From Bryobacterales bacterium (lineage in GTDB: Bacteria > Acidobacteriota > Terriglobia > Bryobacterales > UBA6623): DNA of 64,000 bases. How positions within the stretch are numbered: position 1 is the stretch's first letter; each line of letters opens with the position of its first letter. The stretch lies in contig OY729427.2 of assembly GCA_963422375.2 (NCBI GenBank), positions 768,001 to 832,000 of the forward strand. Direction: 5' to 3'. The position numbers were made by a program, and so were the translations under genes. This document shows positions 10,086 through 19,921 of this stretch, piece after piece. The notes beneath the pieces are model-generated. The model was not told where the DNA came from, did not search any database, and worked only from the letters and a program-made list of their open reading frames with translations.

Positions 10086-10880
10086 ATGCCGTTCGCGGAC
10101 CTCGCCGGCCTTGCCGCGCACTACCGCGTGGACGGGAGGGAGGGCTTGCCGAGCCTCGTCCTGCTCAATTCGCTCGGCACGGACTGCCGGATCTGGGACG
10201 ACCTGGCGTCGGCGCTTCGCGGAAGGTTCCGTTTCCTGCGGTACGACCAGCGCGGGCAGGGCCTGACGGACAGCCCGGCCGGGCCGTATTCGATCCGGCA
10301 GCACGCCGGCGACCTGCTGGCGCTGCTGGACAGAGTGGACTGGGGGCCGACCGTCCTGTGCGGGCTCTCGATCGGCGGCATGATCGCGATGGACGCCTGC
10401 CGGCAGCGGCCGGAGGCGGTGCGCGGCCTGGCCTTGGCGGACACGTGCGACGTGATCGGCCCGCGGGCCATATGGGACGAGCGCATGCGGCAGGTGCGCG
10501 CCAGCGGGCTGGGAAGCCTCGCCGGGCGCGTTACGGAGCGCTGGTTCGGCACCACGTTTCGGCAGTCGCGGCCGACCGCGGCCCGGGGGTGGGCCAACCT
10601 GCTCGCCCGCGCTCCGGTCGAGGGCTACCTAGGCTCCTGCGCCGCCCTGCGCGACGCGGATCTACGCGACGCGGTGCCCGGCCTGGGCGTGCCGACCGTC
10701 TGCATCTGCGGGTCCGAAGACGCCGCCACGCCGCCCGCCGAGGTGCGGGATCTCGCGTCGCGCCTGCCCGACGCGGCATACGCCGAGATCGAACGCGCCG
10801 GGCACCTCGCGCCAGTGGAACGGCCGGGCCGGTTCGCCGAGATACTCGTCCCGTTCCTGGAGGACCGCCTTGGATCCTGA
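10086..10880 (+). CDS. pcaD: 3-oxoadipate enol-lactonase
   Basis: LLNSLGTD..IWD, RYDQRGQG, GLSIGG nucleophile elbow, pca context. Confidence 0.92.
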   Translation: MPFADLAGLAAHYRVDGREGLPSLVLLNSLGTDCRIWDDLASALRGRFRFLRYDQRGQGLTDSPAGPYSIRQHAGDLLALLDRVDWGPTVLCGLSIGGMIAMDACRQRPEAVRGLALADTCDVIGPRAIWDERMRQVRASGLGSLAGRVTERWFGTTFRQSRPTAARGWANLLARAPVEGYLGSCAALRDADLRDAVPGLGVPTVCICGSEDAATPPAEVRDLASRLPDAAYAEIERAGHLAPVERPGRFAEILVPFLEDRLGS

Positions 10881-11265
10881 CACCCTGTACGCCGACGGAA
10901 TGCGGACGCGGCGGAGCGTGCTGGGCCGGCAGCACGTCGAGATGGCGGAGGCGCGCACGACCGACTTCGACGAGGCCTTCCAGCGCTATATCACCGAAGC
11001 GGCCTGGGGCAGCGTCTGGTCCCGCCCGCAGCTCGACTCGCGCACCCGCAGCCTCGTGACGATCGCTCTGCTCGGGGCCTTGGGGCACTACGAGGAACTC
11101 GCCATGCACGTCAAGGCGGCGACCCGGACCGGAGCGAGCCCGGACGAAATCGCGGAGGCGCTGCTGCACGTAGCGGTCTACGCGGGCGTGCCGGCCGCCA
11201 ACCGCTCGTTCGCCGCGGCCAAGGCCGCGCTGCGCGAGGCCGACGCCGCGGAGACCCTACCGTGA
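10870..11265 (+). CDS. pcaC: 4-carboxymuconolactone decarboxylase
   Basis: GMRTRRSVLG..HV, FQRYITEAAWGSVWSRP, HVAVYAGVPAAN. Confidence 0.95.
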   Translation: MDPDTLYADGMRTRRSVLGRQHVEMAEARTTDFDEAFQRYITEAAWGSVWSRPQLDSRTRSLVTIALLGALGHYEELAMHVKAATRTGASPDEIAEALLHVAVYAGVPAANRSFAAAKAALREADAAETLP

Positions 11266-11972
11266 GGGCGCCCGAGCAGCTGGGGCCGCGCGACTGGTCG
11301 TCGCATCCCGACCAAGCGCACGCGGCCTACAAGTCGACGCGCCTGCGGGCGCAGGCGCGGCCGCTCGTCCCGCTGCGCCAATCGATCTCGGAACTGACCG
11401 GGCCCGTGTTCGGCGGAGGGCGCGTGACCGCCTTGGACGGCGATCTCACGCTCAACGCCGTCCGGGACGCGGCGCCCATCGGCGAGCGCATCGTCGTCGC
11501 CGGGCGCGTTCTCGACGAGAGCGGCCGGCCGATACCGGGGACGCTGGTCGAAGTCTGGCAGGCGAACGCCGCCGGCAGGTACGCGCATCTGGCGGACCAG
11601 CACGAGGCGCCGCAGGATCCCAACTTTCTAGGAACCGGCCGCGCGCTGACGGACTCGGAGGGACGATACCGCTTCACCACGCTCCGCCCCGGCGCCTATC
11701 CCTGGCGCAACCACCGCAACGCCTGGAGACCGGCGCACATCCATTTTTCGGTCTTCGGGACGGCGTTCGTCCAGCGGCTCGTGACGCAGATGTACTTTCC
11801 GGGCGACCCTCTCCTGCCGCTCGACCCGATCTTCAACGCCACCGCCGACGCTGCGGCCAGGCAGCGGCTGGTTTGCCGGTTCTCGCCCGAGCTCACGGTG
11901 CCTGAGCAGGCCCTAGGCTACGAGTTCGACATCGTCCTACGGGGCCCGCGGGAAACGCCCCGGGAAGGCTGA
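11262..11972 (+). CDS. pcaH: Protocatechuate 3,4-dioxygenase beta subunit
   Basis: VEVWQANAAGRY, PGAYPWRNHRNAWRPAHIHFS (Fe ligands), LVTQMYFPGDP. Confidence 0.97.
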   Translation: MRAPEQLGPRDWSSHPDQAHAAYKSTRLRAQARPLVPLRQSISELTGPVFGGGRVTALDGDLTLNAVRDAAPIGERIVVAGRVLDESGRPIPGTLVEVWQANAAGRYAHLADQHEAPQDPNFLGTGRALTDSEGRYRFTTLRPGAYPWRNHRNAWRPAHIHFSVFGTAFVQRLVTQMYFPGDPLLPLDPIFNATADAAARQRLVCRFSPELTVPEQALGYEFDIVLRGPRETPREG

Positions 11973-11975
11973 GCC

Positions 11976-12524
11976 ATGCCGCGCCAGACCCCGTCCCAGA
12001 CGGTCGGCCCCTTCTTCTGGAACGCCCTGACACCCCACGAGCGGGGGCCCGGGCTGCCGCCCGGCACCGTGATGGACATCGCACGCGGGGCGGGAAGGGC
12101 GATTCATATCGAGGGCCGCGTCCTGGACGGCGCGGGAGATCCGGTAGCCGACGCCATGGTAGAGATCTGGCAGGCCGGCTCCGACGGGCGCTACCCGGCC
12201 GACCACCGGGGCTTCGGCCGCGTCGGCACGGAGGCGTCGGGCAAGTATGCCTTCCTCACGGTCAAGCCGGGGCCGGTGGCCTCCGGGGCGGCGCCGCACG
12301 TCAACGTGGCGGTGTTCGCCCGCGGCCTGCTGAACCATGCGTTCACCCGGATCTACTTCGAGGACGAGGCGGCCACCAACGCATCGGACAAGGTGCTGGC
12401 GAGCGTCGAACCCGCGCGCCGCGACACGCTGCTCGCCCGCCGACGCGACGGATCCGTCCTGCCGACGTACGAGTTCACGATCCGCCTGCAGGGCGACCGC
12501 GAGACAGTGTTCTTCGATGCCTGA
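11976..12524 (+). CDS. pcaG: Protocatechuate 3,4-dioxygenase alpha subunit
   Basis: QTPSQTVGPFF, APHVNVAVFARGLL..TRIYF, IRLQGDRETVFFD. Confidence 0.96.
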   Translation: MPRQTPSQTVGPFFWNALTPHERGPGLPPGTVMDIARGAGRAIHIEGRVLDGAGDPVADAMVEIWQAGSDGRYPADHRGFGRVGTEASGKYAFLTVKPGPVASGAAPHVNVAVFARGLLNHAFTRIYFEDEAATNASDKVLASVEPARRDTLLARRRDGSVLPTYEFTIRLQGDRETVFFDA

Positions 12525-12569
12525 GCGGAGCGGGACGCTTGCGAGGCGGGATGCCGGGGGAACGGCGGC

Positions 12570-13991
12570 GTGACGGGCCCCCCGCCCGGATCGGCGCTGC
12601 TCGGGCCGCTGCTGTCGGACGACGCCGCGGCCGGTCTCTTCTCGGACGGCGCGGTGCTCCGCTCGATGCTGGACTTCGAGACTGCGCTGGCAGCGGCGGG
12701 GGCGCGGGTCGGAGTGATCCCGCCGGAGGCGGCGGCCGCCATCTCCGCGGCGGCGGAGGCTCTCGAGCCCGACTGGGCCGGGCTGGGAGCCGGCTCGGCC
12801 AGGGACGGGCACCCGGTGGCCGCCCTCGTGCAGCAGCTGCGCGTGGCGGCCGGTCCGGCAGGGGCGCACGTCCACGCGGGCGCGACAGCGCAAGACGTGA
12901 TGGACACCGCGCTGGTCCTGCGCCTGCGAGCGCTCTTCGACGAATTCGACGAGCGCCTCCGCGGGCTCGTCGGGGCGCTAGCGAGTCTGGCGCGCCTCCA
13001 CCGTACGACGGTCATGGCGGGCCGCACCCGCAGGCAGCAGGCGGTCCCCGTGCCGTTCGGCCTGAAGGTCGCAGGCTGGCTCGGACCGCTGGCGCGCCAT
13101 CGCGCCCGCCTCGCGGAGTCGCGTCCCCGGGTCCTCGCGGTACAGCTGGGCGGTGCGGCCGGCACCCTGAGCGCGCTGGGCGGGCGCGGCACGGCCGTGA
13201 TGGAGGAGCTGGCGCACGAGCTGGACCTCGCCGTGCCGCCGGCGCCGTGGCACGCCCAGCGCGACGGCCTAGCGGAGGCCGCGGGCTGGTTCTCGCTGGT
13301 GACGGGCAGCCTAGCCAAGATGGGGCAGGATCTGGCCTTGCTCGCGCAGACCGAGGTCGGCGAGGTCGGCGACGGCAGCGGCGGCAGGTCCAGCGCAATG
13401 CCTCACAAGTGCAATCCCGTGCGCTCGGAGATCCTCGTCGCGCTCGGCCGGGCCAACGCGACCCTGCTGGCGTCGATGCACCAGGCGCAGATCCACGAGC
13501 ACGAGCGCGACGGCAGTGCCTGGACGCTCGAGTGGCTCACGCTGCCGCAGATGGCCGTGCTGACCGGCGCCGCCCTGCGGCACGCCCGGGCAGTGGCCGG
13601 GTCCATGGAGCCCGACCCAGCCCGCATGCGAGGTAACATCGAGGCGTCGGGGCGGCTGGCCCTGGCCGAAGCGGCCACCATCGCACTGCGCGCCAACAGC
13701 ACCGCGGCCGAGTCGCGCCGGCTGGTCGCCGAAGCCGCCAGCCTCGCTCGGGAGACCGGCGAGGACCTGATCGCGATCCTTGAGCGGGCGGCGCCGGCGG
13801 CGGTCGATTGGAACGAGCTGCGGGAGCCGGGGCGCTGGCTTGGATCCGCCGACGCGTTCGTAGAACGCGCCTTGGAGGCCGCGGCCCAGCGCGAGGGCAC
13901 TCCGAACGGAGGCCGCGGGCCCCGTCGAGAGTGCGCGGACGACTTACAATACGGCCAGACCCGGCACCGCCCCTCGGGCCCGCGGATGTGA
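12570..13991 (+). CDS. pcaB: 3-carboxy-cis,cis-muconate cycloisomerase
   Basis: Fumarase/aspartase superfamily SSAMPHKCNP, QLGGAAGTL, HEHERDGSAWTLEW. Confidence 0.92.
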   Translation: MTGPPPGSALLGPLLSDDAAAGLFSDGAVLRSMLDFETALAAAGARVGVIPPEAAAAISAAAEALEPDWAGLGAGSARDGHPVAALVQQLRVAAGPAGAHVHAGATAQDVMDTALVLRLRALFDEFDERLRGLVGALASLARLHRTTVMAGRTRRQQAVPVPFGLKVAGWLGPLARHRARLAESRPRVLAVQLGGAAGTLSALGGRGTAVMEELAHELDLAVPPAPWHAQRDGLAEAAGWFSLVTGSLAKMGQDLALLAQTEVGEVGDGSGGRSSAMPHKCNPVRSEILVALGRANATLLASMHQAQIHEHERDGSAWTLEWLTLPQMAVLTGAALRHARAVAGSMEPDPARMRGNIEASGRLALAEAATIALRANSTAAESRRLVAEAASLARETGEDLIAILERAAPAAVDWNELREPGRWLGSADAFVERALEAAAQREGTPNGGRGPRRECADDLQYGQTRHRPSGPRM

Positions 13992-13999
13992 ACGCGAGC

Positions 14000-14635
14000 A
14001 TGGTGATGATTCTGAGCGATCGCCGCTACGTGGAGATTCCCGGAGACTCCTCGTTCGAGCTGCCGCCGCTGCTGCTGAAGTCAGTGCCCGGCCTGGACGA
14101 GCTCGAGGCCTTGGTCTACAGCGCCGGGAGCATCGTAGACTCGGAGTCCCTGATTCCCGGCCCGATCCAGGACGCGCTGAACTCCGGCAAGATTCACGCG
14201 GACCCCCGCATCGGCCTCGCGGTCAGCCTAGTCGACCAGTACTGCACGTTCGTGCAGCATTGGAATTGGGGCGAGTCGGTCCTCGAGTGGATTCGACAGT
14301 GCGAGACGAGCTTCGAGACGCAGCCGAACCTGCGGCGCCTGCTGAGGCCCGACGTGTGGCCGCATGCCGGCAGGAGCAGCTTCGTCACGCTGCTGGAGGA
14401 CAAGGGAGCCACCGACGAGGACATCGTCCTCGAGAACGCCATGGGCTACAGGCTGACGTTTCGCCAGCCCCCTCCGATCGACTTCTTCTCGGAGAAGTTC
14501 CTGCTTCTACTGAATTCCTCGCTCGCTGCGGCCGCCTACCGTGCGTGGGCGGGGCCAAGCGGCAGCGACGAGGCCTCCCTGCCTCCGGAACGCTTCCAGT
14601 TCTACGTGATGACCGACAGGATCCGGGAAGTCTGA
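14000..14635 (+). CDS. Hypothetical protein
   Basis: Coding-like GC3 bias and globular composition; start uncertain (GTG 13988, ATG 14000 or 14006). Confidence 0.7.
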   Translation: MVMILSDRRYVEIPGDSSFELPPLLLKSVPGLDELEALVYSAGSIVDSESLIPGPIQDALNSGKIHADPRIGLAVSLVDQYCTFVQHWNWGESVLEWIRQCETSFETQPNLRRLLRPDVWPHAGRSSFVTLLEDKGATDEDIVLENAMGYRLTFRQPPPIDFFSEKFLLLLNSSLAAAAYRAWAGPSGSDEASLPPERFQFYVMTDRIREV

Positions 14636-14716
14636 CCGGACGGGTGCGACAATAGGCCGAGAGCGAGGACGCGACACGGAATTGTCGCCAGTCCGAACCC
14701 AGGAGGTATCCCGCGC

Positions 14717-16030
14717 ATGCCAAACAACGCGATGCCCTTGAAGGCACCCGAAGGCGACGTGACTCGCCGGAATTTCATGAAGGGCTCGGCGCGCACTGCC
14801 GCTACGGCGGCGGCCTTCCAGATCGCACGGCCGGGCGCGCTACGAGGCCAGTCGGGAGACAAGCTCTCGATCGGGATCGTGGGCTGCGGCGGCCGCGGGA
14901 CGCGCGGCGTCGCGGAAGCGATCCGCGGCAACCCCAACTACGAGCTCCACGTGATGGGCGACTTGTTCGAGGACCAGCTCGAACGGTCCTTGCGGAGGCT
15001 GCGCGACTCCGACGAGTTCGAGCCCAAGGTCAAGCAGCAGATCAAGGTCGCGCCCGAGAACCGCTTCCTCGGCTACGACGCCTACAAGAAGGTGGTCGAC
15101 TCCGGCGTCGACGTGGTGTTCCTGCACACCCCGCCGGGGTGGCGCCCGCTGCATCTCGAGTACGCGATCAACGCCAACAAGCACGTCTTCGCCGAGAAGC
15201 CGCTCGCCACCGACTGCATGGGCGCGCAGAAGGTCATCCGCCTCGCCAAGGAGTCCGAGCGGAAGAAGCTGACCGTCATGATCGGCGCCCAGCGCCGCTC
15301 CCAGAAGGAATACGTGGAGTCGGTGCAGCGCATCCAGGACGGCGAGATCGGCGACGTGGTGGCGACCTACGCCAACTGGATATCCGGACCGGTGATCAAG
15401 GGCGCGGATTTCGAGGACAAGCTCGACCAGAAATCGCTGGCGTGGCAGCAGCGCGCATGGTACTCGCACGTCTGGATTTGCGGCGATCAGATCGTGGAGC
15501 AGCACCTGCACAACATCGACGTCATCAACTGGGTTCTGGGCGACACCCATCCGGTGAGCGTGGTGGCGTCCGGCGGCGCGATCTGGCGCCCGCGCGAGAA
15601 GCTGTACGGCAACATCTACGACCACGTGCATTCCGACTTCGTGTACGCCAACGGCGTGCGCATGACCAGCCACTGCCGGCAGTACCCGGAGCGGAAGGTG
15701 CGCCGAGTGAACGAGCTCGTCGTCGGGACGCGCGGGCGCTCGACCGTTACCGACCTAGGCACGAAGTCGAGGACCAGCCCCTACGTGCGCGAGCACGCCG
15801 ACATGGTGGCCTCGATCACGGGCTCGGGACCCTACAAGAACCAGGCGCTGGCAGTAGCCTACTCGACGATGACCGCCATCATGGGCCGCGAGTCTGCCTA
15901 TGCCGGCATCGAGGTCACGTGGGAGATGGCGATGAACTCGAAGCAGAATCTGATCCCGGACAACCCTTCGCTGGAGGCGCAACACGATGTGACCGACCTG
16001 CCGCGGCCGGGCGAGTACCAGTTCGTTTAG
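14717..16030 (+). CDS. Tat-exported Gfo/Idh/MocA family oxidoreductase
   Basis: TRRNFMK twin-Arg, GIVGCGGRG, HVFAEKP, GDQIVEQHLHNIDV; AGGAGG RBS. Confidence 0.92.
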   Translation: MPNNAMPLKAPEGDVTRRNFMKGSARTAATAAAFQIARPGALRGQSGDKLSIGIVGCGGRGTRGVAEAIRGNPNYELHVMGDLFEDQLERSLRRLRDSDEFEPKVKQQIKVAPENRFLGYDAYKKVVDSGVDVVFLHTPPGWRPLHLEYAINANKHVFAEKPLATDCMGAQKVIRLAKESERKKLTVMIGAQRRSQKEYVESVQRIQDGEIGDVVATYANWISGPVIKGADFEDKLDQKSLAWQQRAWYSHVWICGDQIVEQHLHNIDVINWVLGDTHPVSVVASGGAIWRPREKLYGNIYDHVHSDFVYANGVRMTSHCRQYPERKVRRVNELVVGTRGRSTVTDLGTKSRTSPYVREHADMVASITGSGPYKNQALAVAYSTMTAIMGRESAYAGIEVTWEMAMNSKQNLIPDNPSLEAQHDVTDLPRPGEYQFV

Positions 16031-16052
16031 CGAGCTCCCGCGGGGTGGACCG

Positions 16053-17045
16053 ATGCCGGAAGCGTCGCCGCGCGCAGGCGCGGCGAGCCGCATGCGCAGG
16101 CGAGGGTTTCTCCAAGCCGGCTTGGCCCCTGCCCTGCTGGGCTGGGGCTGCGCGCGGCGCCCCGCCGGGAGCGCGGCGGTCCCGCACCGGCTGATTGCGC
16201 AAGACAGGGGCCGTGTGGCCGTGGTGGACCCGGAGGGTTCCGTCGAATGGTCGTGGAACAACGGCGCGGGCGCCCACGACATGCATCTCCTGCCGAACGG
16301 GAACCTCCTCGTTCCGACCGCGCCGGACGCGATCGTTGAGCTGACGCCCGAAATGGAGGTCGTCTGGCGGTGGGAGTCGCGAGCCGCATCGGACGCGGTG
16401 GAGAAGGTCGAGATTCACGCATTCGAGCGCTTGGACAACGGCCTGACGATGATTGCGGAGAGCGGCAACCGCCGATTGGTCGAGGTCGACCGGCAGGGCG
16501 AGATTCGGTACCAGATCCCGCTTCAAGTGGAGCGGCCGCACTGGCACAAGGACACGAGGCTGGTGCGCAAGACTCCCGTCGGGACGTACTTGGTGTCGCA
16601 CGAGAACGACGGGGCGGTGCGTGAGTACGAGCGGGGCGGCAGGGTGGTCTGGGAATACAGCTTGGAGCTGACGGGCCCGGCGACGCCGACGCACCGGGGC
16701 CACGGAACGGATGTGTACGCTGCATACCGGCTGCCTAGCGGCAACACGCTGATCGGCGGTGGCAACAACAACCGGGTGCTCGAGGTCAACCCTCAGGGAG
16801 AGACAGTCTGGAGCCTCGCGAGCGGCGAGATTCCGGGCATCCAGCTGTTTTGGGTCACGCAACTGCACGCGCTGCCGAACGGCAACATCGTGGTGACGAA
16901 CACTCACGCGGAGGGCGAAACGCCTCAGATCTTCGAAGTGACGCGAGACAAGCGAATGGTGTGGGGCTTTCTCGACTGGGAAACGTTCGGGAACGACTTG
17001 TGCGCCAACATCCTCCTCGACGTGGAAGGCGACTTCGTCCGCTGA
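16053..17045 (+). CDS. Tat-exported beta-propeller protein (PQQ-like/arylsulfotransferase-like)
   Basis: RRRGFLQ signal; repeated blades LPNGNLLV, LDNGLTMI, LPSGNTLI, LPNGNIVV with G.VVWEY. Confidence 0.75.
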   Translation: MPEASPRAGAASRMRRRGFLQAGLAPALLGWGCARRPAGSAAVPHRLIAQDRGRVAVVDPEGSVEWSWNNGAGAHDMHLLPNGNLLVPTAPDAIVELTPEMEVVWRWESRAASDAVEKVEIHAFERLDNGLTMIAESGNRRLVEVDRQGEIRYQIPLQVERPHWHKDTRLVRKTPVGTYLVSHENDGAVREYERGGRVVWEYSLELTGPATPTHRGHGTDVYAAYRLPSGNTLIGGGNNNRVLEVNPQGETVWSLASGEIPGIQLFWVTQLHALPNGNIVVTNTHAEGETPQIFEVTRDKRMVWGFLDWETFGNDLCANILLDVEGDFVR

Positions 17046-17613
17046 CTGCTCCGCGCCGGTCCCGCTGCCGATGCGCACGAGGGCCTCAGCCCGATTCGCG
17101 GGCCGGAAGACCGCACTGAATTCGGCCCGTGCGGCCAGTTTTCAGCTGGACTGATCTAGCAGGACACCAGGAACGGCGCGAGACTCGCGCTGCGATCAAG
17201 GTCGACGCTGAGTTCATCCTGATGGAACGGAGGCCGGGCGCCTACCGGAAACCAAGCCTCGCGGCGCGAAGACTTCGCCTGCCGTCGGTGGCAGGCTTCA
17301 AGGCCCTGTTCCGACAGGTCCGGGCCTTTGTCGCAGGCGCGTCGACCCGAGATCGCCTAGTGCGGCAGGTCCTCGGGATCGCCGAGGCTGGCTGCGGGCC
17401 TCGCGGCTAGGTTGAGCAGGGCGCCGGAGTTCAGGCCCTGCTAAGGCGTCTCGGAGAGCAGCCGACCACCTCTGCCTCGAGTGGCGCGATTCATTCTTCT
17501 CGTTAGCTGCCTCGGCCAGCTTCGCCGCCAAGCACCCCACGATAGTGAGCGCGTAGAGGCCCCTAGAGCCGAGCTCGGTCTAATGCCGGCTTGCCCTCGG
17601 GAGCCGCAGGCGC

Positions 17614-17642
17614 TTGCAAGTGGGAAAGGTCGCGGGTACAAT
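17614..17642 (+). promoter_or_regulatory. Sigma70-like promoter TTGCAA-N17-TACAAT
   Basis: Near-consensus hexamers with 17-nt spacing upstream of the DUF1549/DUF1553 gene. Confidence 0.6.
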
Positions 17643-17659
17643 CGCGGACTGCAGGTCCG

Positions 17660-19916
17660 GTGCAGATTCCGGTCTTCCGTCGCGCCGTCGGAGGCTGCGG
17701 CCACCGAGTTCACCTCGGCGCAGCGGAAGTTCTGGTCGTTCAAGCCGGTTGTGCGTCCCGCCGCGCCGTCCGCTGAGGGCTCGGAGTGGGTACGCAATCC
17801 CATAGACGCCTTCATTCTCGGCGGCCTGCGTTCGGAAGGCCTCGAGCCTTCGGCACCGGCGGACAGGATCACGCTCATCCGCAGGGCGTCGTTCGGCCTC
17901 CTAGGGTTGCCGCCGACACCCGATCAAGTCGCGGACTTCCTGGCGGACGACTCTCCGGACGCGGTCGAACGGCTTGTGGATCGCCTGCTGGCCTCCCCCG
18001 GCTACGGGGAGCGCTGGGGGCGACATTGGCTGGATCTTGCGCGGTTCGCCGAGAGCGACGGCTTCGAGCAAGACGGGGCGCGTCCATACGCTTGGCGATA
18101 CCGGGACTACGTAATCGACTCGTTCAATACCGACAAGCCGTACGACAGGTTCGTCCGCGAGCAGATCGCGGGCGACGAGCTCTGGCCGGAAAGCTTCGAG
18201 GCCCGCATCGCGACCGGCTTCAGCCGGCACTACCCCGAGGAGGGGAACCAGAAGGATCTCCTCTTGGCGCGGCAGGAGACCCTGCACGACATCACGACTG
18301 TAGTCGGGGCGACGTTTATGGGCCTGACGTTCGGCTGCGCGCAGTGCCACGACCACAAGTTCGATCCGATCACCCAGAAAGACTACTACCGGCTGCAAGC
18401 CTTCTTCGCCAACGTGAACCACGATGACCGGTTCCCCGTAGCGCGGGCCGACGAGCTCGCCGAATACGAGCGGGCCCTAGCCGTCTGGAAGGAGAAGACC
18501 GCGGCAATCTGGGCGGAAATGTCCGATATCCTCATGCCGTACCGGACCTACACGCCGGCGCAGCTGCTCGCGCGGTATCCGGACTACGTAATCGATGCGA
18601 TCGAAAGGCCGACTTCCGAGCGGACCGCCTTGGAAGCGTGGATGGCGAGCCTGCTCTCCACCAAGGACTGCGGCACCTGCCCGCTGAGGCCGGAGCCCTA
18701 CGTGGATCCCTCGTTCCTGCGCGTCGTCGGGAAGCTGCATGGTGATGACAAGACCCGCTTCGAGGAGCTGCAATCCCAGCTCGAGGCCTTTAGCAGCCTC
18801 CGCCCGGATGAGATCGATAGGGCCTCGGGCATGATCGACGTCAGCGCGGACGCGCCGCCGACGCACGTGCTTGCGAATGGACGCTACACGAGTCCCGGCC
18901 AGGAGGTCCAGCCGGGTTTTCCCGCGGTCCTCAAAGCGGGCGAAGTCGTCATCGTCCCGCCCGAAGGCGGCGGATCGACCGGGCGGCGCTCGGCCTTGGC
19001 CAACTGGCTCGCCCGCCCGTCGAATCCCTTGACTGCGCGCGTCATGTCCAATCGCGTTTGGCACCACCACTTCGGACGGGGCATCGCTGGCACGCCGAGC
19101 GACTTCGGCATGATGGGCGAGCGCCCCACGCATCCCGAGCTGCTCGACTGGCTCGCGAGCGAGCTGGTGGACGGCGGCTGGAGTATCAAACGCCTTCACC
19201 GCGCGATCATGGTCTCCAGCACGTACCGGCAGAGTGCGGCGCCGCACTCCTACGAGCGCGCCGCGAGGAGCGATCCATTCAACAGGCTTCTGTGGCGCTT
19301 CGATTCCAAGCGGCATGAGGCCGAGGTGATTCGGGATTCTGCCCTTTCAGCGGCGGGACTGCTCAACCGGCTAGCCGGAGGACCGAGCGTGTTCCCGCCG
19401 CTGCCCGAGGGCCTGCCTGAGCCTGTCGGCGGATGGAAGGCCCATGACGCATCTTCGGCACATCGCAGGCGCAGCGTATACGTGTCAGTTCGCAGAAATA
19501 CTCCCTTCCCGCTCCTGGATGCATTCGACTTCCCGGACACCCACGAATCCTGCGCCCGGCGCAACCGCACGACGACCGCTCCCCAGGCGCTGGCCCTGCT
19601 GAACGGCGAGGAGCCCGCGGAGTGGGCGCGGGCGTTCGCCGGCCGCGTGCTGGCCATTTCGGGTGCCAGTGCGCGGAAGCAGGTTGACGCAGCGTACCGG
19701 ATCGCTTACTCGCGCAGTCCGGAGCCTTTGGAGGCAGACACCGCAGCCACGTTCCTTGACCGCCAGTCCCGGATCATCGCGGAGCGGATCGAACAAGACA
19801 GGGATCCGGCCGTGCCTGATACCCTGCCTTCGGGAGTAGTCGACGAACAGGCGGCCTCGCTCGTTGATCTTTCCCTGATGCTGCTGAATTCCAACGAGTT
19901 CGCGTACTCATTCTAA
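17660..19916 (+). CDS. DUF1549/DUF1553 (PSD1, planctomycete-type) protein; 5' end uncertain or damaged
   Basis: FWSFKPV, NPIDAFI, YGERWGRHWLDLARFAES, CAQCHDHKFDPI, NPLTARVMSNRVW, LLNSNEF. GTG 17660 after the promoter is out of frame with the body; first in-frame GTG is 17751. Confidence 0.85.
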
Positions 19917-19921
19917 GTGCC

